From an uncultured virus (IMG/VR IMGVR_UViG_3300025786_000100) (taxonomy: Duplodnaviria > Heunggongvirae > Uroviricota > Caudoviricetes): DNA of 64,000 bases. Within the stretch, counting starts at the first letter, position 1. Each line of letters starts with the position of its first letter. The DNA is taken from IMG/VR virus record IMGVR_UViG_3300025786_000100, one strand, 5' to 3'. Positions 1-8,568 of this stretch are shown here, in pieces. Under the pieces are notes generated by a model. It worked only from the letters and a program-made list of their open reading frames with translations. It made no database searches and was not told where the DNA came from. The position numbers and the translations under genes were made by a program.

Positions 1-39
1 GCAAGCGGCCGTCGCCCACCTCTCGCGCGTCGCTTTTTT

Positions 40-48
40 TGCTAGAAT
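40..48 (+). promoter_or_regulatory. Extended -10 (TGcTAGAAT), likely the original host tRNA-Gly promoter
   Basis: TGnTAGAAT ~25 nt upstream of the tRNA 5' end fragment at 73. Confidence 0.5.
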
Positions 49-70
49 CGAAGCCTACCGTCGGTTGTCC

Positions 71-109
71 ACGCGGGCGTGGTTCAATGGTAGAACGCTA
101 CCTTGCCAA
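71..109 (+). repeat. attL core; 5' half of tRNA-Gly (truncated)
   Basis: ACGCGGGCGTGGTTCAATGGTAGAACGCTACCTTGCCAA is identical to 59622-59660; identity ends at the end of the anticodon loop. Confidence 0.95.
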
Positions 110-120
110 CGCGGCGTGGC

Positions 121-238
121 GAGTTTGCTGGAGTATGCCCGAGTCGGTTCCTCGTCGAGAAATGCAACTTTTGGACTTCGCCGACTTTGCTGGAGTTGGC
201 CTGATTCGGCTGCTCAGTGGATACAAATTGGATACACG
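121..238 (+). repeat. attP-arm elements: 10-bp phased GAnTnnGC repeats and two TGGATAC arm-type repeats
   Basis: Phased units at 121/131/141 and 183/193/203. TGGATACAAATTGGATACACG at 218-238 matches 59538-59570. Confidence 0.65.
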
Positions 239-404
239 CTCGTCGCGCGGTTATTCGGTTTAGGGGGATCGGCTGTCAGTCCGCAAGCTTTTCGAGCTGA
301 TGCTCCTTGACATCCAACATGTCGCCGCCTTCGGTTCGGATGAGCAGATCATCGTCATTCCGGCCGGTTCCCCCTGACGGGACCACTGTGGCGACGGCCC
401 CACC

Positions 405-485
405 TTCTAACGCAGAGGGTCTGTCGCCGCCGCTTCAACTGTCCAACCCAACGAGGCGGCGGTCGGCAGCATCCAATGGTTAGGC
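405..485 (-). other. attC site (integron cassette recombination site)
   Basis: Minus strand GCCTAAC...GTTAGAA, 81 bp, imperfect hairpin (CCGCCGC/GCGGCGG) with bulged bases, just downstream of the GIY-YIG stop. Confidence 0.75.
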
Positions 486-503
486 GTCTCCCACTCCCCG
501 AAG

Positions 504-1319
504 TTAGTTCTTGTTGAATCCGAATTCGCGCGAAAGCATAACCTTCTTCCAGTGCTTCTCTCTATCTAAAATTATCTGATCCGGGGTGTTGAATGCAAAT
601 ACTTCTAAAATGGAAAATTGGAAATTCTTGAGTGCGTATGGGAGCCCTTTTTTGCGAATCACTCTGATGAGATCGTCATTCCAACCGTGGCCGGTATTCA
701 CATAAGTGTCCAGACGAGACCAGATGCCCGCATTTCCATAAGCCGAGCCCACATAGACCCTTCCAGTCTTTGCGTCCACGATATGGTAGACGCCTTTTAC
801 TGCGCATAGAGATGCTTTCCAGTCCGGTCGCTGGCTGTCCACAATTGCCTTCAAGACATCAAAGCGATGATTGATATTCGCGTATCCGCAAAATGCTTCT
901 CCCGAGTAGCGCGCTGGCAGAAGAGTGAGGACCTCAAAAGAATCAATAAACGTCTCCAGTTTGAACGCCCTTCCGCGTAAGCCCTGATATCTGTGGAACT
1001 TGCAAATAAGGCGCCCTTCATATTTCGAAAACTCCTTTACATCTGCCAAGTCGTACCCGTCGCGATACCGCTTCTTAACACGGAAAATGCCTCCAAAAAG
1101 CCAGCCTCCTTTAACAGTAGAAAATTCCATGAAGGATAAGATGAAGTCTCTCGTCCAATCATTTCGCTCGCCGCGCCACGTATTCCATCCGCGCCAGTTT
1201 TCGCGGCTCTTGACGTATTCAACAAGCGGATGATGGCCCTGGGTACTGGTGCATGCAAGATGCAGTTTGTACTGGCTCGGGTCATCAATGTGCAGTATAT
1301 CCGTCAGTTTGATCGTCAT
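504..1319 (-). CDS. GIY-YIG nuclease family protein (gene cassette)
   Basis: GVYHIVDAKTGRVYVGSAYG..GIWSRL motif; AT-richer than the phage core; GGAGAGG RBS. Confidence 0.85.
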   Translation of the reverse strand: MTIKLTDILHIDDPSQYKLHLACTSTQGHHPLVEYVKSRENWRGWNTWRGERNDWTRDFILSFMEFSTVKGGWLFGGIFRVKKRYRDGYDLADVKEFSKYEGRLICKFHRYQGLRGRAFKLETFIDSFEVLTLLPARYSGEAFCGYANINHRFDVLKAIVDSQRPDWKASLCAVKGVYHIVDAKTGRVYVGSAYGNAGIWSRLDTYVNTGHGWNDDLIRVIRKKGLPYALKNFQFSILEVFAFNTPDQIILDREKHWKKVMLSREFGFNKN

Positions 1320-1433
1320 GCGATATTCCTCTCCGAATATTTGGGGCGCCTAACGCTCCGCATCAGCCGATTAAAGCGCGACGTCGATATCCCGTGCAGC
1401 GCTTTGAATCTCCCGCCAGACAACTCAATCTCC

Positions 1434-2012
1434 TTACTCCGAGGTTTCTCGAACATATCCGGCTTCATGAAGGCTCTTAATCGTCATGAGGACCGGATCA
1501 TTGGCATAGGTTTTGGATTCCGCGGCTTTCAGAACGCCGCGTACGATTTCATCCAATCCGACAACCTTCACGGGGCCAGCGCCTAGTCGAATTCTACGAA
1601 GATGTCGACGAATGGGTTCTTCGTCCTGGCTATAAAACTTCCCAACATAGAGAGCGAGTTGGATTCTTCTTTTGGGATATCCGTAACGCTTGCTTGCCTC
1701 ACGGAAGATTCCCTGACGAATGACGGCGTCATTAAATACGCGGTACTGGCCAAAGTGGTTTTTCTTGCTGGTATCCGCGATGCGTTGGAAACCTTGTCGA
1801 CTCACACCATGAGACCCTAGAAATGACTTGACGGAACCAAGGAGAAGCGAGTTGTGTCTGGCCGCAACGATATCCATTTCATATCCGTGCGTTTGATACT
1901 CGGCTCGGTCGGCCCTCCTCGTCCGCATCCGAACAGGAAACTTCACATTGTTCGTAACGACATAACCCTGGGCTTCGAGCATTACTTTGATGATATGTTC
2001 AAACGCCTCCAT
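1434..2012 (-). CDS. PD-(D/E)xK restriction-endonuclease-like protein
   Basis: FEHIIKVMLEAQGY...EMDIVAA...GSVKS; start placed at ATG 2012. Confidence 0.6.
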   Translation of the reverse strand: MEAFEHIIKVMLEAQGYVVTNNVKFPVRMRTRRADRAEYQTHGYEMDIVAARHNSLLLGSVKSFLGSHGVSRQGFQRIADTSKKNHFGQYRVFNDAVIRQGIFREASKRYGYPKRRIQLALYVGKFYSQDEEPIRRHLRRIRLGAGPVKVVGLDEIVRGVLKAAESKTYANDPVLMTIKSLHEAGYVRETSE

Positions 2013-2207
2013 TGAGCATGCTTCCAATCGCTGGGGCCCCGCGATAGGCCCGATTTGTGGTTGTCTCCTGCGTAAATTTGGGGCTTTGGCCTTCGGCCTC
2101 AAGGCTATGGTACAAAAGACCTCCTTTCCTGCGCATCGCCTGACGTCGACCTCCACTTGATTCCTGCCTGCGATGGAAGGTAGTCCTTCCTTCCCACGGA
2201 GGACGCC

Positions 2208-2375
2208 ATGTCAAAACGAAAGCTCGCCGCCGAGTTCGCGGTCCAGGTCTACAGCGACGGCACGATCGACTGGGACAAGCTGGACCGCTACCTCTGGCGC
2301 GCGATTCACGAGGGGCCCGAGAAGGCGCTGAAAGCCTCGCGGCGCGATGCTCGGCGCAGGCCGCGACGCCTCTGA
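2208..2375 (+). CDS. Small hypothetical protein (55 aa), not in ORF track
   Basis: GGAGG RBS, ATG 2208, MSKRKLAAEFAVQVYSDGTIDWDKLDRYLW..., TGA 2373-2375. Confidence 0.6.
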   Translation: MSKRKLAAEFAVQVYSDGTIDWDKLDRYLWRAIHEGPEKALKASRRDARRRPRRL

Positions 2376-2532
2376 GCCCGATAGCCGGAACTCGGGAATC
2401 TCGAAAATTCGACTTCGCCGATGTCGAATAACGGCGAGTTTCTCGACGGAAGAAGGCCTTGCAATCTTCGCGAAGTCCCTATACCTTCCTTCCTGACTCG
2501 ACGGTAGGGCGGTAAAAAGGAGGCCAAAAACG

Positions 2533-2778
2533 ATGAGCGAGAAAACGAGAATCCGCAAAGGCGACCGGGTACGCGACGCGAAGTGGGGCGGCAAGTTCAC
2601 CGGCACCGTAGTTCGCACCTCGACGCGCAGCCATCGGCGCTGGATATTTGTCCAGTGGGACAACATCGCGGTCGAGGACCAGTTGCTCGACTACGAGGTC
2701 GAGGCCCTGGGGACGCGGATCGAGGGCGAGATCCCGCCGGTGTTTCTGACGGTCACGAAGAACGAGGGGCTGGCATGA
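2533..2778 (+). CDS. Hypothetical protein (SH3/KOW-like start)
   Basis: AAGGAGG RBS; ATGA overlap with next gene. Confidence 0.7.
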   Translation: MSEKTRIRKGDRVRDAKWGGKFTGTVVRTSTRSHRRWIFVQWDNIAVEDQLLDYEVEALGTRIEGEIPPVFLTVTKNEGLA

Positions 2779-2987
2779 AGACCAAGCAAGCGCGCGAACA
2801 GAAACACCGCGAGCAGGCCGAGGCTCGGGCGTCGTTCATCGCCAAGGAGGTCCTCGGCATCGAGACGCTCGAAGAGCGCAGGAGCGACCGGCTCGACTTC
2901 CATGAAGTCAGCGTTAACGGGCTGCGCGAGGCGTTGGCCCTTGCCTACCAGATGGGACGCAGCGAGGCGCGAGGAGGGAAGCGATGA
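2775..2987 (+). CDS. DUF6900-like protein
   Basis: LGIETLEERRSDRLDFHEVSVNGLREALALAY resembles the DUF6900 pattern; ATGA coupling on both sides. Confidence 0.7.
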   Translation: MKTKQAREQKHREQAEARASFIAKEVLGIETLEERRSDRLDFHEVSVNGLREALALAYQMGRSEARGGKR

Positions 2988-3241
2988 ATCCAATACCCGT
3001 AAAGCCGACGAAAAGGAAGGACTGGGCGAACTACATTAGCCCCGAAGATCAGGAGCAGACCCGGGGGGAACTCTGCTACCGCATCAGCCACCGCTTGGAT
3101 GCGGTGGTCGACCGCAAGGGCGAGGTCGCCCTGCTTTTGCATGAAGGCGACGAGTACCAGGCCAATGTGGTCTTGAGCGACAAGGCCCGGGCGAAGCTGG
3201 CCTATGTGCTGCTCAAGGCCAGGGGCAAGGAGGGCAAATGA
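2984..3241 (+). CDS. Hypothetical phage protein
   Basis: RBS and ATGA coupling. Confidence 0.65.
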   Translation: MNPIPVKPTKRKDWANYISPEDQEQTRGELCYRISHRLDAVVDRKGEVALLLHEGDEYQANVVLSDKARAKLAYVLLKARGKEGK

Positions 3242-3429
3242 CCGAGAACACGAGACGCTACCTGAAGGTGGAGCAAGTCCTGGGCGAGTGGGCGGTGGTC
3301 GCCTACTCCAGCCCGACGCCCCATCCGACCGATGGGACGGTTTGGCTCCGGGGTTTCGACACCGAGGAGCAAGCGCAGGTCACTGCCCATAGGCTCCAGG
3401 ATGCCATGGTGCAAACGGAGGCGGCATGA
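3238..3429 (+). CDS. Hypothetical phage protein
   Basis: RBS and ATGA coupling. Confidence 0.65.
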   Translation: MTENTRRYLKVEQVLGEWAVVAYSSPTPHPTDGTVWLRGFDTEEQAQVTAHRLQDAMVQTEAA

Positions 3430-3647
3430 ACGCGAGGCGTAGTTTCTACCAGGGCCTCATCATCGAGGCCACGGGGGTCAGCGAGAAGGACGCGGGATTC
3501 GTCGAGGACATCATGCGCAACGACGTCTTCCACTCGACGCTGGACTGGCAGACGCGGGCGAAGTTCGTGCGAGGCGCGCGGGAGGTGGTCAAGCTTCTCA
3601 AGGCCTACCGCGCCGATCCCGAGTTGGCGAGGTACTTCCCCGCGTGA
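3426..3647 (+). CDS. Hypothetical phage protein
   Basis: GGAGG RBS and ATGA coupling. Confidence 0.65.
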   Translation: MNARRSFYQGLIIEATGVSEKDAGFVEDIMRNDVFHSTLDWQTRAKFVRGAREVVKLLKAYRADPELARYFPA

Positions 3648-3664
3648 GCGGGGAGGGAGGGACG

Positions 3665-3967
3665 ATGAAGCTACGGTGCGCATGCGGGAGCCAGGAGTTC
3701 AAGGCCCCCAGGGTAACGCTGGTCCTCAGGGGCGTCCCCTGTGAGATCACGGAGGACGGCCCGCAGTACGACGACGCGGAGGCGGATAGCTCAGAGGGCT
3801 GGGACTACAACCAGGAGAGCCGGGTGGTCTGCGCCACCTGCGGGAAGGAATACGACATCGGCCAGGACGAGGACGCGAACATCTGTCTGGAGCCGGTGCG
3901 GGAGGAGTGCGATGAAGATGCCCAAAGACGACGTGCTCAACGCCATCCTGACCGACTTGGTCGCTGA
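3665..3967 (+). CDS. Acidic zinc-ribbon protein
   Basis: CxCG...CxxCG; GGAGG RBS. Confidence 0.6.
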   Translation: MKLRCACGSQEFKAPRVTLVLRGVPCEITEDGPQYDDAEADSSEGWDYNQESRVVCATCGKEYDIGQDEDANICLEPVREECDEDAQRRRAQRHPDRLGR

Positions 3968-4130
3968 CCAGGTCATCAGGGCGTTGGAGCTGGGCTTCAG
4001 CCGCGAGGAAGCCGCGCGGGCCGTGGAGATCGGGGTGGACCACGGCACCTACGAGTTCAACGAGCGCCAGCGCCAGGACAAGGCGACGGCGAAGGCGCTC
4101 CGGCGTAAGGCTCGCCCCGAAGGGCGCTGA
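3912..4130 (+). CDS. Hypothetical phage protein
   Basis: GGAGG RBS, MKMPKDDVLNAIL..., TGATG coupling to next gene. Confidence 0.6.
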   Translation: MKMPKDDVLNAILTDLVADQVIRALELGFSREEAARAVEIGVDHGTYEFNERQRQDKATAKALRRKARPEGR

Positions 4131-4588
4131 TGGTCTGCGCGAAGTGCGGAGCCGACGTCGACACTGGCAGGCTCCTATTCAGGAAAGACCGGATCGCCGG
4201 GATCGCATGCCACGGCTGCGCCTGGTCGATCGAAACCAACAGGAGGAACGAGGGCATGGCGAAGAAAAACGGACAGAAGAAAGGCGCGAACAAGCCGGCG
4301 GCGGCCAAGAAAAAGGCTGCCAAGCCGCAGGGCGGCAAGAAGGCCGCCGCCAAGCCCCAGGGAGCCAAGAAGGAGGGCTCCCTGGCGGCCATCATCGACC
4401 CGATGCTCACGACCGGCGGCCATACCGTCGCCGAGATCGCGGCCGAGCTGGCGAAGAAGGCGGGCGACGCGGCCAAGGGCAGGGACCTCGCGGCCAACGT
4501 CCGCGCGCGCATGGTCGGTTACACGCGCAAGGGCTGGAAGGTCGAGAAGGACGACAAGAAGCGCGTGAAAGTCGTCCAGGGGGCCTGA
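4130..4588 (+). CDS. Lys/Ala-rich (histone H1-like) HTH-like DNA-binding protein; N-terminal Zn ribbon, internal start at 4256
   Basis: KKAAKPQG repeats followed by a helical HTH-like segment; AGGAGG before ATG 4256. Confidence 0.6.
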   Translation: MVCAKCGADVDTGRLLFRKDRIAGIACHGCAWSIETNRRNEGMAKKNGQKKGANKPAAAKKKAAKPQGGKKAAAKPQGAKKEGSLAAIIDPMLTTGGHTVAEIAAELAKKAGDAAKGRDLAANVRARMVGYTRKGWKVEKDDKKRVKVVQGA

Positions 4589-4591
4589 GCC

Positions 4592-4927
4592 ATGCGCTTC
4601 GGGCCGGAGGACAAGTTCTGGGTCGTGACCGACCCGACGCCCGAGAGCGAGCTGTCCGACTGCTGCTTCGATTGCTCGCTCGGCAGCCTTGAGCGCCAGT
4701 TCAAAGGAGGATTGAGCATGGCGCAGAACCCGACGCTGTTCACCGAGCGGCGCGAGGCCGAGGTTGAGGCTTACGGCCGACTGGTCGCAATGCGCGCGGC
4801 GCGGGCGATCATGCGATCGGGGCCGGGCTCCAAGGCCAGGGAGGTCACGCGAATCGAGCTGCTTGACGGCAAGGGCAAGTTGCTCTTCGAGGCCGACCTG
4901 GACCTGGGCGGGGGCCAGAAGCCGTGA
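4592..4927 (+). CDS. Hypothetical phage protein
   Basis: Operonic position; GTGA overlap with the recombinase. Confidence 0.65.
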   Translation: MRFGPEDKFWVVTDPTPESELSDCCFDCSLGSLERQFKGGLSMAQNPTLFTERREAEVEAYGRLVAMRAARAIMRSGPGSKAREVTRIELLDGKGKLLFEADLDLGGGQKP

Positions 4928-5802
4928 CCGCACTACTCGACGAGTTCGTGCGGCATCTCCGGGTAGAGCGGGGCCTGTCGCCCTGCACTTGGAAGAGCTA
5001 CGGCTACCAGATACGGGGCTACCTGCGCTTCTTGGAGGCGAGGCGCAGGTCCCCGGAAGGGGCGACGCGCGAGGACATCCTGGCCTACCTGGAGCGCAGA
5101 AAGGAGGACGGCCTCAAGTCGGCGTCGCTGTTCATCGCGGCTATGGCGCTCAGGCAGTTTCACCGCTACCTGGCCGCGTCAGGCCGCGCCCTGGCCGACC
5201 CAACCGCCGGGATGCGTCTGCCCCGGTTCAAGCAGCGAATCCCGGAACCGTTGGGCGCGGATGCCATGGACCGCCTGCTTCGCCCTCCCCCGAGCGGGAA
5301 GTTCGGGGCCCTGCGCGACCACGCGATGATCGAGCTCATGTACGCGGTGGGGCTACGGGTCTCGGAGTTGGTCGGCCTGCGTCTCGGGCAGGTCGACCTC
5401 CGGGAGGGCTGGGTGCGCGTGATCGGGAAGGGCTCCAAGGAACGTCTCGTCCCGTTCGGGCCGAGGGCTACGGCCGCCCTGAGGCGCTATATCGAGGCTC
5501 GCGACGTGCGCTTCCCGGCAGCCGGCGACATCTTGTTCCTCAACGGCCGCGGCGGACCGCTCACGCGAGGAGGCTTCGCTTCGCGGCTGGCGGCCGCGGC
5601 GCGGCGGGCGGGGATTTCGGGTCGCGTGACGCCGCACCAACTCCGTCATAGCTGCGCGACGTCGCTCTTGGAGGGCGGTGCCGACCTGCGGGTCCTATCC
5701 GAGTTGCTCGGCCATGCGTCCGTCCTCACGACGGCTCGCTACGCTCACGTCAGCGCGGAGCATCTGAAGGCGGCTTGTCGGCGGGCGCATCCGAGGTTTT
5801 AG
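4924..5802 (+). CDS. XerD-like tyrosine recombinase
   Basis: N-terminal SAM-like domain, GLRVSEL, GKGSKER, HQLRHS, LLGHAS, catalytic Y, C-terminal AHPR. Confidence 0.9.
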   Translation: MTALLDEFVRHLRVERGLSPCTWKSYGYQIRGYLRFLEARRRSPEGATREDILAYLERRKEDGLKSASLFIAAMALRQFHRYLAASGRALADPTAGMRLPRFKQRIPEPLGADAMDRLLRPPPSGKFGALRDHAMIELMYAVGLRVSELVGLRLGQVDLREGWVRVIGKGSKERLVPFGPRATAALRRYIEARDVRFPAAGDILFLNGRGGPLTRGGFASRLAAAARRAGISGRVTPHQLRHSCATSLLEGGADLRVLSELLGHASVLTTARYAHVSAEHLKAACRRAHPRF

Positions 5803-5871
5803 GATTTACGTGTTGCACCAAACTAGGATCTAGGCAAGCACTACGAGACCTTGTATAATAAGGCCCCTGTG

Positions 5872-7764
5872 ATGACCACTAATTCCTCAAGCGATGTATT
5901 TGTAGCCGCTAAACCTGTGGTCTCTCCTAAGCCGGGTGTGGATGGGAAAGGCTCTGCTATTCAACCCCCCACACCGATGACGATCGGGGACCTGTTCTGC
6001 GGAGCAGGCGGGTTTTCTGAGGGCTTCCGTCAGGCCGGTTACAAAGTCCTCTGGGGTATCGACAACTGGCAACCCGCCGTCGATACCCACAAGAAGAACC
6101 ATCCCGAAGTCGATGTCCGCTGTGAGGATATCCTGAATTTGGACCCCTACAGCCTTCCCAAGGTAGACGTCCTCGTAGGCTCCCCGCCCTGCACATTCTT
6201 CTCTCTCAGCAATCGGGGCGGCAATAGTGACCCAACCAAGGGTCTGGCCTTGGTCAAGCGCTTCCTGACATTCGTCTATGTTCTCCAGCCTCGGTACTGG
6301 ATCATGGAGAACGTTCCCCAATTGCTACGCCACCTGCCAGAACGCATCGCCCTCAGGAAGCTCGGCATCGGTCGGGATGGGCACCTGGAGATTCCGGTCC
6401 GACTTGAAGTCAACACCGCTGACTTTGGAGTTCCCCAACGACGTCGTCGAGTCTTCTGCGGCTCCTTCCCTACTCCACAAACTACTCACGCGAAGCATCC
6501 AGCGGGGGAGAAGAAGCCATGGAAGACCCTTGGCGAAGTCCTTAAGGCGCTACCGGCTCCAGGAATCCAGACTCGCTCTCCCGTGATCGACCCGAACTAC
6601 GGTTTCAGCATCCCGGCCAAAGATCTCACCGAGCAAGCCAACCCAGTGTCGATCTCGAAGGAAGACTATGAGATCATCAAGGCGAAGAAGCAACGGCACT
6701 CCTTCTACGGCTTCATGGCCATCCCGGAGCGCAACGAGTTGCCCGCTCGCACGATCTGCGCCTACCAGTCCGGAAGAGGCCGCGAGGCATTCCTCGTCTG
6801 GGGAGGAGGCTGGTATCGTCATCTGACCGTTCGGGAATGCGCTGCGCTCCAGAGCTATCCTATTAGCTACCAGTTCTGGGGAGACAGGCAGCAAGACAGA
6901 TACACCCTTGTAGGCAATGCGGTGCCTCCTGTCATGTCTAGGGCGCTGGCTCTCGCTCTTCTTAATGACATAGGGCAACGTCTTCCGGAGAACCTTTGTC
7001 TTGCCACAGATGTTCCTCACTCGCCGCCGCCGATCACCAAGGTACGCAAGAGGGTCAACAGTACGATGCGTCTCCCTCTGTCTAGACGCTTCCGTGACCA
7101 TGTGCCGGGCTGTCGCCAGAACAGCCTGAGGGTGGATTTGGATAACGAGGGCAACGCCCGTCCCAGACATCCTCTTGCGAACTCGATTCCCACCTTCAAG
7201 CCCAGGAAACACCTCAAACGTTGGCAGGCCCGCTTGCACCTGGGCATCGGGAAGGGCTTCCGCAAGCAGGCCGTCTCTTTACAGCGAGCCTACTGTGAGC
7301 TGACCTCGAAGGCGGACACCGACTTGCTGGCACGTGTGAGACATCTGATCAAGTTCCTGGAGGTTGATCTCCAGCCTAAGATTCCAGACGCTTCGACATC
7401 TCAAGCCCTCTGGGCTCGCCACCGGAATGGAGTCCACGAGACCCCACCGTGGCTACTGGAACAGATCGGAAGTGCCCTGGACCGGATATTCCCACAAGAG
7501 AAGTTTGCCAAGCAACGGCTCCCGCGCTCCGGGAATATCCGTGTCGTCCCACGAGCGGGACTGCCGGTCAGGCTAGCGGCCGGACTCCTGGCAACGGCCT
7601 ACGTGGCGGAGGTAATGAACGACGGGAGATTCTGGCTCAGAGCTAACCCGACCCACTTCTATTTCGATACCAGTCTTAAGGCCCGACCAGCTCTACCCTC
7701 CGCGATGGAAGCACCGCGGACCCGTCTCTCCAGCCTCAAGCCTATCGACTCGGCGACCTGCTGA
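5872..7764 (+). CDS. DNA cytosine-5 methyltransferase with C-terminal extension (DrmMII-like context)
   Basis: DLFCGAGG, GSPPC, MENV, PQRRRRVF, VGNAVPP. Start uncertain (5872 or 5977); TATAAT at 5854-5859. Confidence 0.9.
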   Translation: MTTNSSSDVFVAAKPVVSPKPGVDGKGSAIQPPTPMTIGDLFCGAGGFSEGFRQAGYKVLWGIDNWQPAVDTHKKNHPEVDVRCEDILNLDPYSLPKVDVLVGSPPCTFFSLSNRGGNSDPTKGLALVKRFLTFVYVLQPRYWIMENVPQLLRHLPERIALRKLGIGRDGHLEIPVRLEVNTADFGVPQRRRRVFCGSFPTPQTTHAKHPAGEKKPWKTLGEVLKALPAPGIQTRSPVIDPNYGFSIPAKDLTEQANPVSISKEDYEIIKAKKQRHSFYGFMAIPERNELPARTICAYQSGRGREAFLVWGGGWYRHLTVRECAALQSYPISYQFWGDRQQDRYTLVGNAVPPVMSRALALALLNDIGQRLPENLCLATDVPHSPPPITKVRKRVNSTMRLPLSRRFRDHVPGCRQNSLRVDLDNEGNARPRHPLANSIPTFKPRKHLKRWQARLHLGIGKGFRKQAVSLQRAYCELTSKADTDLLARVRHLIKFLEVDLQPKIPDASTSQALWARHRNGVHETPPWLLEQIGSALDRIFPQEKFAKQRLPRSGNIRVVPRAGLPVRLAAGLLATAYVAEVMNDGRFWLRANPTHFYFDTSLKARPALPSAMEAPRTRLSSLKPIDSATC

Positions 7765-7843
7765 GCACCACATCGGACCCTGCACTCCCATCCGGTCATC
7801 ACAGACCCCTGCAGGCATCCTGCCCATCGCTCGACGGCGATGC

Positions 7844-8566
7844 CTAAGCCGGTCCTATCTTGCCGGAGGCAAGCATGCGACTGCGGATGGCCCACCGAAA
7901 GAGCTCGCGCGCCTCGATGACGGGAGGGCCCTCAAGGCGGACGCCAAGCTCGAAGTTGTGTTCGAGGCCATGGCGCGAGAAGTTCGCCGAGGTCAGGAGC
8001 ATATCTCTAGAATCAATGATGAGCACCTTGGAATGGAAGAGGACATCAGTTGGGCCATCCTGGTTGGCTACCCCACTGTAGAGGTTCGGTCTCTTTACTC
8101 CAACGGGCCAAGCCGCCAGGATCTTATCGCTATCCCGACTATCCTTGTTCAAGATGATCGTGATGTCCTTGCCCGTCGCCGCGAGAGAGCCCAACGTTCG
8201 TATCAGGGCACCATCAGTGACCCTGTAACCTGCGATGAGGATCTCTTCAAGTGCCGACTGGATCATCTCCTTGACCACTTCTGATGTCCTTCGGACGACG
8301 TACTGCACCTCCTGCGGCAGTGTCGCAACCAGCTCGACCTTCGAGGCCTGTCCTCGGTCCTCACTATCCTGGATGGCGAGGGACTGGATCAACAAATGGA
8401 GGAGTGCGTACCCGTCTCCTCCGTCGCGAGCGCCGAGCTCTGACGCCAGTCTATCCGCCGTTGGATCAGATCTCAGCACTTCGATGAAGGCTGGATCGAA
8501 GGGCTCGACCGTCGATCGGGCGCGGAGTTTACGTGCCAACTCGACGACGTCGCGAGCTATCGGCAT
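7844..8566 (-). CDS. drmC: Phospholipase D-family nuclease, DISARM DrmC-like
   Basis: FHSKVLIID...TSANFS...NFELG (HKD motif); follows drmB. Confidence 0.8.
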   Translation of the reverse strand: MPIARDVVELARKLRARSTVEPFDPAFIEVLRSDPTADRLASELGARDGGDGYALLHLLIQSLAIQDSEDRGQASKVELVATLPQEVQYVVRRTSEVVKEMIQSALEEILIAGYRVTDGALIRTLGSLAATGKDITIILNKDSRDSDKILAAWPVGVKRPNLYSGVANQDGPTDVLFHSKVLIIDSRDMLLTSANFSRHGLEHNFELGVRLEGPPVIEARELFRWAIRSRMLASGKIGPA

Positions 8567-8568
8567 GT

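Noticed and set aside
39..310. ORFs 39-263 and 65-310
   Set aside because: They overlap attL and arm repeats and have no protein-like features
5851..5871. TTG start for the methyltransferase
   Set aside because: It overlaps a TATAAT -10 box; ATG 5872 or 5977 is more plausible
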